DNA of 54,807 nucleotides, from the NCBI GenBank assembly GCA_046538375.1, contig JBKHJA010000002.1, positions 1-54,807 of the forward strand, read 5' to 3'. Below the pieces are notes generated by a model. The model saw only the letters and a program-made list of their open reading frames with translations, did not search any database and was not told the DNA's origin. The DNA comes from Candidatus Aminicenantes bacterium (GTDB lineage Bacteria; Acidobacteriota; Aminicenantia; Aminicenantales; Aminicenantaceae). The position numbers were made by a program, and so were the translations under genes. Shown piece after piece: positions 48,350 to 54,807 of this stretch (positions within the stretch are counted from its first letter, which is position 1; every line of letters starts with the position of its first letter).

Positions 48350-50849
48350 ATGGTTTAAAACCAGGATAAGTCTTCAAGAGACTGCGGAATCTTTTTACTC
48401 TTTCCTCCTCAGAGAGGTCCTCAACAACAGGAAGGATGATATCTTTCAATTCTTTTTTCAAGATGTTATCAAGGAGTTCCACTCCATAACCTACCGAATC
48501 TTTGGTTCCATCCTTCACACTCTGATATGCCCTGATGATGTCCTCGCGGGGATAAACAAGTTCCAAAAATTTGAAAATATCCGAGAAGGCTGCGGCCAGA
48601 TTTCTGGCAGTCTTCTCTCTCATTTCCTCTTTTTTATCCTCATACCGTGAATCATGGGACTGGATGATCATCTGATAATATTTTTTCACTTTTTGGATTA
48701 TTTTTGCTTCTATCACTTCTCTAAAGAACAGGATATCAGTATTCTCAGCCCGAATTTTGTCCAGAGCTTCGATAAGTTCCTCTTCCAGATCTTCGCTGTT
48801 TTCCGCCAATTCCCGGCACAATAAATCTGCTGCATCTTGACTGCCGATTCGGGCTAAAACCGAGGCTGCGGCTCTTCGCACCTCAATATTCTCTTCCGGG
48901 TCCCCCAGATAATCTGACAGAGTGCCCACAATTTTTGAGCCGTACTTTTTGAGCGCAGCACTGGCGTCCTCTCTGGTGACAGGATTCTCTAATATCTTGA
49001 TTATGGATGGAATATATTCTTTTCGTTTCAGTCTGGCCGCACTTTCCACTGCATATCTGCCCACTTCCGGTGATTCGTCATCAAGAAGCTCTTCCAGATT
49101 GTCGAGCAGAGGCGAAGACTGATCCATCAAGCCCATGGCCTTGGCCACTTCCATCTTGGCTGTCTCTGCTTCTCTCCCGGTCTCGGTCACCACTTTTCCC
49201 ATATAGTCCTTCATCACCTTCTCATAAACATCCAGCGACATGATTTCTTTGACATTTTTCTCCAGGTCTTCTCCCTCCAAATACTCTTCCATCTCCGGAT
49301 ACCAGGTGGTTTCTTCGACTTCCAGAAGTGTTCCCAGCGAAGCCGCTCTTATCTCATCTGATTTGTAAGAAATCAATTTTTTGATCTCTGGAGTGAGTTT
49401 GTCCTGCTTTATCAAATCGAAAAGATGCATGGCATACAGGACTGAACTCCGATTTTTACTCTCCAAAGTATCAAACACCAGCTTGGTGTAATCCATATCC
49501 ACTTTTTCTGCCAATATTTTGTCAGCCCGGTCCCACTTCATTTCCAGATTTTGTTTGACAGTCCCCACGTATTCATTGCTGATTTTAAGGTTGAGTAAAA
49601 TCCAACCCATGATAAAAACAGCGGATGCCAAAGACACCAGCCGCACCGGCGGTATCCCCAGAGGAAAGAAAAGCAGGATCATAAGTATCACCGCTCCTAG
49701 ACCTTTGGCAAACCGATTGAGGAACATATCTATGAAAATCTTGGCTTTGTACTTGAGTTGGGAAGAAACAGGAATATACAGAAGCTCTCTCACGGATTGA
49801 TTGAGGGAATAAGAGAGGCTTTTGTCGCTTCCCTTTAGCAGGACGGCGAGATAAATAGTGATGAATACAGCGATTCCCAATGAACAGGCAAGGAGGACTA
49901 TTGGAAAAAGCATCAAAGCCATGCGGATACCGTAACGCTTTATAAAACCGCTGGTCATGAAAAGCTGAAGAAAAAAAGGAAGAATTAACAGCCCGGCATT
50001 AAAGTATCCAAAGAAAGAGGTTAAGTTTCCGCTTACCGAAGGCGTATCTTTGATGACCTTGTTGAATTGAAAGTCTATCAGGGTGGAAACGATCATGGTG
50101 ATGGCCACCATACCCGCCATAAGCTTCAGGTAATAATTCTTTCTTACTGTATGGAAACACTCCCCAAATCCCACTTTGGTTAAGTTCTTCTCCCTCTCCC
50201 TGAATTCTCCCTGGCTTTTAGGGGTACCAGGCTGCCCCCTCTTTTCCAGGATAAATATCCCATACACCACCATGACACACAAAGCCAGAAGCCCGCAGGA
50301 AATTAGCAGAAGATGGTGAGGTGTTTCAGAGGGAGCTAAAAATCCCGCCACCATTCCTCCAGCCACTCCTCCCAATATGCCCCCGCTTCCGAAGAAGCCA
50401 ATCAGCCTTTTGGCTTCTCTGGGATTGAACACATCGTTGACCAACATCCAGAATTGAGTCATTAAGACTAAAATAAAAATGTTGGCCCATATCCAAAAAA
50501 CGAGAGGCAGCCAATCCCAACCCAGGGGGAAAAGAAGCCAGAAAATGAGTGCGTTGAGCAGGAAAAATAAGAGGCTGGAAATGAACAAAATTTGTCTTTT
50601 AATTCTGACCTGGAGTTTTGAATGCAAGGCCACCACAAAGCCCATAAGAACGGCTGTCAACAAATAGGCTAAGGGAAGATTGACCGCTCCCAGTGTTTCT
50701 AAATAACTGGCATTTCTCAAAGATTTTATGATGGTGTGAGGGGCGGTGATCAAGAAAAAATAAAAGAAAAGAAGAAATGCCAGCGAAGCTTCGCCGGGTT
50801 TAATCTCGACTACAGGAGAAAGGATTTTCTGAAGACGGTTTTTTGCCAT
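48342..50849 (-). CDS. TLC/Npt-like transporter::HEAT-repeat fusion, paralogue of 45857-48349
   Basis: Co-linear similarity to the neighbour over the full length (VEIKPGEASLAFLLFFYFFLIT, SVLYAMHLFDLIK, VKEIMSLDVY, SPEVGRYAVESAARL). Length is 835 aa. 8-nt overlap with the downstream paralogue. Confidence 0.6.
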   Translation of the reverse strand: MAKNRLQKILSPVVEIKPGEASLAFLLFFYFFLITAPHTIIKSLRNASYLETLGAVNLPLAYLLTAVLMGFVVALHSKLQVRIKRQILFISSLLFFLLNALIFWLLFPLGWDWLPLVFWIWANIFILVLMTQFWMLVNDVFNPREAKRLIGFFGSGGILGGVAGGMVAGFLAPSETPHHLLLISCGLLALCVMVVYGIFILEKRGQPGTPKSQGEFREREKNLTKVGFGECFHTVRKNYYLKLMAGMVAITMIVSTLIDFQFNKVIKDTPSVSGNLTSFFGYFNAGLLILPFFLQLFMTSGFIKRYGIRMALMLFPIVLLACSLGIAVFITIYLAVLLKGSDKSLSYSLNQSVRELLYIPVSSQLKYKAKIFIDMFLNRFAKGLGAVILMILLFFPLGIPPVRLVSLASAVFIMGWILLNLKISNEYVGTVKQNLEMKWDRADKILAEKVDMDYTKLVFDTLESKNRSSVLYAMHLFDLIKQDKLTPEIKKLISYKSDEIRAASLGTLLEVEETTWYPEMEEYLEGEDLEKNVKEIMSLDVYEKVMKDYMGKVVTETGREAETAKMEVAKAMGLMDQSSPLLDNLEELLDDESPEVGRYAVESAARLKRKEYIPSIIKILENPVTREDASAALKKYGSKIVGTLSDYLGDPEENIEVRRAAASVLARIGSQDAADLLCRELAENSEDLEEELIEALDKIRAENTDILFFREVIEAKIIQKVKKYYQMIIQSHDSRYEDKKEEMREKTARNLAAAFSDIFKFLELVYPREDIIRAYQSVKDGTKDSVGYGVELLDNILKKELKDIILPVVEDLSEEERVKRFRSLLKTYPGFKPYG

Positions 50850-50881
50850 AGAATGGCTCTATAACAGGACTTCAGCGGGAT

Positions 50882-51229
50882 TTAGTCCTTAAAAAAGCTA
50901 CCCAGGGCCGTTTCCTCATTATCGAAAATCTCAAGAACATTGGTGAGCATGGTCACCTGGAAGACAAGATAGAGTTTCTTGGAAATTTTTGCCAGCTTCA
51001 GCTTCCCCCCCAAATTGTTGGCCGATATATAGCTGGCTAAAATCTCCCCTACCCCGAAGCTGTCTATAAATTCAACATTCTGGAAATTGAGAAGAATATT
51101 CCTTTTGCCGCCTTCCAACTGCTCCTTAACCAGTTGATGAAGAGTCACATCTTTTATATCCGAACGCCTGATTTCACCTTCTATGTCAAAGATCACCACG
51201 TCGTCTTTCTCTCTGGTGTTTATGACCAT
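50882..51229 (-). CDS. STAS-domain protein (anti-sigma-factor-antagonist type)
   Basis: From ATG 51229 (GAGGAGAA SD) the product is MVINTREKDDVVIFDIEGEI....NILLNFQNVEFIDSFGVGEIL, of 115 aa. This is the typical SpoIIAA/RsbV layout, with the conserved DS(F/S)G phosphorylation-loop position reading DSFG. Upstream track codons are rejected. Confidence 0.8.
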   Translation of the reverse strand: MVINTREKDDVVIFDIEGEIRRSDIKDVTLHQLVKEQLEGGKRNILLNFQNVEFIDSFGVGEILASYISANNLGGKLKLAKISKKLYLVFQVTMLTNVLEIFDNEETALGSFFKD

Positions 51230-51481
51230 TTTCTCCTCGCCTCTCTTCTTTAAGCTTTTATCAGAAGAAATATGTAAAGTCAAATATCCCCCCTTTAAGC
51301 ATTTCCTCACTAAATTTCCTGGATGATATTTCACTCTACATCCGCTCTTATGAATCAAGAAATGCCCATAAAAACGGCCAATATATAGACCTGCCTGGTT
51401 TATTCTGATATAAATGTTAATGAAAAGAGTTGACTTGAAGGGGAGAAACTATAATTTTACAAGCTTAGGATACAACCTGGG

Positions 51482-52567
51482 ATGAGCACCATGATCAGAT
51501 CAACAAGAAAAGTCAAAAAATTTACAGCTCTCCTCCTTTCTGTTTCCCTCATCACTGTTTTTCTTTATGGCAGCAGCACACAATGCGTATGGAGTGATAT
51601 CGAGAAGATTGTGGCTGTGGGAGATATTCATGGCGATTACAAAAACTTTGTAAAAATCTTAAAGGGGACAAAACTGATCGATGAACAGCTCCATTGGACA
51701 GGGGGAAAAACTCATCTCGTCCAAACCGGTGATATCATGGACAGAGGGCCTGATGCCAAAAAAGTGTTTGACCTTTTGATGAAACTGGAGGAAGAAGCAG
51801 AAAAAACAGGGGGAAAAATTCATGTTTTGATCGGAAACCACGAAGAGATGAACATCACGGGTATAGCCTTTGACTACGCCGGCTATGTCACTGTGGAGCA
51901 GTTTGTTTCCTTTCTTCCTGAAAAATACAGAAAAAAGAAAAAGAAGGAATTTACAGAAAAAACGGGAGAAAATGAGATAGATCAGGATAAGTATTTAGAT
52001 AACAGCTTGAAGAAATATTGGCTGGAGCTTATGAAGGAAAAATCAGCCCGAAAGAAGTACGTGGATAATTTCAATGACAAATATGGAAAATGGATTCTTT
52101 CGCACAATGCGGTAATAAAAATCAACCACGTCATATTTGTTCACGGAGGTATCAGCAGGCAATTCTCCACCTGGAAAATAGAGGATATAAATGAGCAGCT
52201 TCAAGAGGAACTCTGCTTTCTGCAAAAAGCAGCCAAACGTCCCCGGTCATTCAGCGGTTCTTATAATCCAAAAATTGTCTACAAGAGCGAAGGGCCTCTC
52301 TGGTACAGGGGTCTAGCTCTTGAGGATGAACAGAATCTCAAACAAGAAGTGGATAAAATTTTGGAGAATCTGGGAGCAAAATACATGGTCATTGCCCACA
52401 CCCCACGTGCTGGCAGCAGGATAGTCTCCGAAGAGTACATGAGCCGATTCGATGGAAGGATATGGATAATCGACACAGGAATATCAGATTATTACGGCGG
52501 ATTCTTGAGCGCTTTGATCATCGAAAACGAAAATTTCACTCTGTGGAGGCCTGAGCATGAAAAATAA
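51482..52567 (+). CDS. secreted PPP-family metallophosphoesterase (Ser/Thr phosphatase-like)
   Basis: Signal peptide FTALLLSVSLITVFLYGSS. Motifs GDIHGD, GDIMDRG, GNHE and VHGG in canonical order. Length is 361 aa. Confidence 0.82.
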   Translation: MSTMIRSTRKVKKFTALLLSVSLITVFLYGSSTQCVWSDIEKIVAVGDIHGDYKNFVKILKGTKLIDEQLHWTGGKTHLVQTGDIMDRGPDAKKVFDLLMKLEEEAEKTGGKIHVLIGNHEEMNITGIAFDYAGYVTVEQFVSFLPEKYRKKKKKEFTEKTGENEIDQDKYLDNSLKKYWLELMKEKSARKKYVDNFNDKYGKWILSHNAVIKINHVIFVHGGISRQFSTWKIEDINEQLQEELCFLQKAAKRPRSFSGSYNPKIVYKSEGPLWYRGLALEDEQNLKQEVDKILENLGAKYMVIAHTPRAGSRIVSEEYMSRFDGRIWIIDTGISDYYGGFLSALIIENENFTLWRPEHEK

Positions 52568-53471
52568 AGAGACCCCAGCGGTGATGTTTTCTTTGCTTTT
52601 GACAAGCGGCCTCTTCTTTCACTGTCACTCCTCCAATATCAACCAAGAAGAGGAGGAACGAAAAAAAATAGAACATTACTTAAAAACGGCTGAAATTGTA
52701 ACTGTGGAAAAAGATGAACAGGCCGGGAGAACAGCTCCCTGGAGAATAAAATTGGATGACGGGAAAAAAGCGCGTCCAGGTCTTTTCAAGCATTTAGACC
52801 GGAGAAGACCTTCCCTTTTTGCTGACAGCTACAAATATGAATTAGCCGCTTATGAACTGAATAAACTTCTTCATCTCAACATCGTTCCTCCTGTGGTGGA
52901 AAGAGAAATAGAGGGCAAAAAAGGAGCTCTTCAGTTGTTCATCCAGGATGCCCTACCAGAAAGCAACCGGAAAAGAAGAAACATTGCTCCTCCTCGCTTG
53001 GAAGACCACCAAAACATCCTGGAGATGATCAACGTCTTCGAGAACCTGGTTTATGATGAGGAGTGTTTTGACGCCGAGGATACGTTGATAGACAGGAAAG
53101 AGTGGAAAGTGTGGCGGGTGGATTTCTCCATGGCCTTCTCCCCTACCTCAGGTCTAATTCCCGGCTGCAGAATCAGCCGCTGTTCCAGGAAGCTCTATCA
53201 AAATCTGGTGGAGCTGGACGCAGATACAGTGAGAGCTGAGCTTAAGCCTTATCTTAACCCACAGGAAATCGATGCTGTTCTGAAAAGGAAGAGCATCATC
53301 ATAGATAAAATCAAAAAATTGATTGAGGAAAAAGGAGAAGATTCAGTCCTCTTCCTTCAAAAGCATAAAGGAGGGCTTTCATGGAAAAAACATCCTCAGG
53401 TCTCATTCATAAGACACTCAGAATTTTCACTGTTATCCACCCTGACGAGGTCCCCACAGCGCTGCTTTTGA
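52557..53471 (+). CDS. secreted/anchored hypothetical protein, possibly with a PI3/4-kinase- or Fam20-like kinase fold
   Basis: N-terminal hydrophobic segment AVMFSLLLTSGLFF follows K-rich residues. The segment YKYELAAYELNKLLHLNIVPPVVERE resembles the AAFHLDR-LGF--VPP helix-loop of Fam20/PI4K-type kinases as I recall it. A later segment LVYDEE....TLID....WRVDFSMAF is reminiscent of a catalytic-loop/DFG arrangement. The fold assignment is speculative. Confidence 0.5.
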   Translation: MKNKETPAVMFSLLLTSGLFFHCHSSNINQEEEERKKIEHYLKTAEIVTVEKDEQAGRTAPWRIKLDDGKKARPGLFKHLDRRRPSLFADSYKYELAAYELNKLLHLNIVPPVVEREIEGKKGALQLFIQDALPESNRKRRNIAPPRLEDHQNILEMINVFENLVYDEECFDAEDTLIDRKEWKVWRVDFSMAFSPTSGLIPGCRISRCSRKLYQNLVELDADTVRAELKPYLNPQEIDAVLKRKSIIIDKIKKLIEEKGEDSVLFLQKHKGGLSWKKHPQVSFIRHSEFSLLSTLTRSPQRCF

Positions 53472-54757
53472 CCGTTAATGTTTTTTTGCTCCTCACAGCC
53501 TATTACATCATAAAACCAGTGAGAGATGCCTTGATGCTGGAAAGCTGGCCCCCGGAGGTCAAAAGCTATCTTTCTGCGGCCATAGCTGTCCTGCTTATTT
53601 TTGTGGTTAAAGTCTTCAGCAGGATTGCCTCCAGTTTTCCGCGGCAGAAGTTGGTTACCTGGGTAACACTCTTTTTTATTTCCAACTTGGGACTTTTTTA
53701 TATTTTGTATTTATCAGGTGTGGGCTCTGGAGCTATGGGAATTATCTTTTTTTTATGGGCAGGAATCTTTAACTTGATTGTTATCGCCCAGTTCTGGGGC
53801 TTCGCTAATGATGTGTACACCGAGGATGAAGGAAAGCGGCTTTTTCCTTTGGTGGCTTTCGGGGCCACTTTTGGAGGCTACGCCGGAGGAAAGATAACCG
53901 ATTCTCTGGTGGTGCTCCTGGGAATCTTCCAGCTCATGCTGGTATCAGGAGCCATATTGGGGATTTGCATTCTTTTCACCTGGATCATTCATCGACGGGA
54001 GATCAGGAGAATCCATGTTAAACCCGTTAAACCCATGGAGAAAGAAGAATTCAAACCAGAAGAACAGGAAAAGCCTCTTGAAAAGGGAGGAGCATTTCAA
54101 CTGCTTTTTAAAAACCGATATCTTCTTTACATCGCCTTTTTTGTGCTGCTTATGAATTTCATCAACACCAATGGTGTTTTTATGCTGGACACAGTGGCCC
54201 AGGATGCTGCCGCTAAAGCCGTAGAAACAGGCACAACAGGAGGACTGAGTAAAGGACAATTCCTGACTAAATTTTATGCTGGGTTTTACAATATCATGAA
54301 TATCTACGCCATGTTTATCCAGCTGTTCGTGGTCTCCAGGATTTTCAAGTGGTTTGGAGTCAGAGTGGCTATCTTCTTTTTACCTGCCCTTGCTCTGGGG
54401 GGATATTTTTGTATCAGTTTGGGTGCATTTCTGGTCCTGGTGAAATGGGTCAAGGCCTTTGAGAATGGAACCGATTATTCTCTTATGAACACCACCCGCC
54501 ATTCCCTTTTTCTTATAACCACCAGGGAAGAAAAATACAAAGCTCAAGCTGTCACCAAGACTTTTTTCCACCGGTCAGGCGATGTTCTTTCGGCGGTGAT
54601 GGTTTTCCTGGGTACAACTTATCTGGCATTCAATGTGGAAAAATTCGCTGCCTTCAACGTGGTTCTGGTGGTTATTTGGATATTCATCGGCATTTTAATC
54701 TTCCGAGAACACAAAAGACTGTCCGAAGCCAGAAAATTTGCTCAGGTGGCCCTTTAA
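53381..54757 (+). CDS. TLC/Npt-like transporter (membrane half only), third paralogue
   Basis: The N-terminus LIHKTLRIFTVIHPDEVPTALLLTVNVFLLLTAYYIIKPVRD aligns with the first residues of the two HEAT-fused paralogues. About 11-12 TM helices, 458 aa. Confidence 0.65.
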   Translation: MEKTSSGLIHKTLRIFTVIHPDEVPTALLLTVNVFLLLTAYYIIKPVRDALMLESWPPEVKSYLSAAIAVLLIFVVKVFSRIASSFPRQKLVTWVTLFFISNLGLFYILYLSGVGSGAMGIIFFLWAGIFNLIVIAQFWGFANDVYTEDEGKRLFPLVAFGATFGGYAGGKITDSLVVLLGIFQLMLVSGAILGICILFTWIIHRREIRRIHVKPVKPMEKEEFKPEEQEKPLEKGGAFQLLFKNRYLLYIAFFVLLMNFINTNGVFMLDTVAQDAAAKAVETGTTGGLSKGQFLTKFYAGFYNIMNIYAMFIQLFVVSRIFKWFGVRVAIFFLPALALGGYFCISLGAFLVLVKWVKAFENGTDYSLMNTTRHSLFLITTREEKYKAQAVTKTFFHRSGDVLSAVMVFLGTTYLAFNVEKFAAFNVVLVVIWIFIGILIFREHKRLSEARKFAQVAL

Positions 54758-54783
54758 CCTGGATTATTCATGAATAATCCAGG
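54758..54783 (+). terminator. perfect 26-nt palindrome immediately after the stop codon (terminator-like hairpin without a U-tract)
   Basis: CCTGGATTATTCA|TGAATAATCCAGG starts 1 nt after TAA 54755-54757. It is followed by CGTACCTGC, with no T-run. Confidence 0.4.
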
Positions 54784-54807
54784 CGTACCTGCATTATACA
54801 GAAATCA

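Noticed and set aside
51430-51455. TTGACT ... TATAAT pair upstream of the metallophosphoesterase gene
   Set aside because: The spacer is only 14 nt, outside the 16-18 nt range for sigma70 promoters. The -10 may still be real with another -35, but I cannot support that.
1-54807. CRISPR arrays, tRNA/rRNA genes, transposases/integrases, prophage or known defence-system genes
   Set aside because: I looked for evenly spaced direct repeats, cloverleaf-like GC-rich blocks in spacers, and nuclease, recombinase or capsid-like ORFs. None was found. All spacers longer than 100 nt are accounted for by promoter-like sequences and the repeat family described above.

Overview
This 54,807-nt window looks like core chromosome of an uncultivated, moderately AT-rich anaerobic bacterium. 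The proteins are K/E-rich and the redox genes are Hdr/Flx/2-oxoacid:ferredoxin types; I cannot determine the phylum by eye. I find about 50 densely packed protein-coding genes, many translationally coupled. I see no rRNA, tRNA, CRISPR array, transposase, integrase or phage gene. Gene order, left to right: (1) a partial minus-strand gene; (2) DUF1844-ribF; (3) pyrR-pyrB-pyrC-rnc-Mth938-like; (4) a Cys-rich hypothetical converging on an AI-2E transporter; (5) a response-regulator diguanylate cyclase; (6) a secreted hypothetical on the minus strand; (7) DUF362 / Tat-signal radical SAM / membrane-fused spermidine-synthase-like; (8) a 12-kb, 13-gene redox operon: hdrC-hdrB-korDABG-hdrA-mvhD, two FeS proteins, a FAD/NAD subunit, then FrdB-like and FrdA-like; (9) a PilZ gene; (10) a minus-strand glycine operon gcvT-gcvH-gcvPA-gcvPB-glyQ-glyS; (11) argS; (12) ABC ATPase / ABC-2 permease / GldG-like / DUF4340; (13) NCS1 permease / DUF1177 / AroM-like; (14) a divergon with STAS, two tandem TLC/Npt-like transporter::HEAT-repeat fusions and an FHA-GAF-PP2C phosphatase on the minus strand, facing a secreted PPP phosphatase, a secreted kinase-like protein and a third TLC-like transporter on the plus strand. 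Four things are most worth a second look. (a) The Hdr-Kor-Flx-Frd operon may be a soluble electron-bifurcating module linking fumarate reduction to 2-oxoglutarate synthase. (b) The TLC/HEAT/STAS/PP2C locus may include an extracytoplasmic kinase/phosphatase unit translationally coupled to a nucleotide exchanger. (c) A family of palindromic intergenic repeats sits just upstream of promoter-like hexamers at five loci. (d) A radical SAM enzyme carries a twin-arginine signal. All family calls rest on motif recognition by eye and no database search was possible. Start codons were refined from the ORF track where Shine-Dalgarno sequences or homologue N-termini suggested it.
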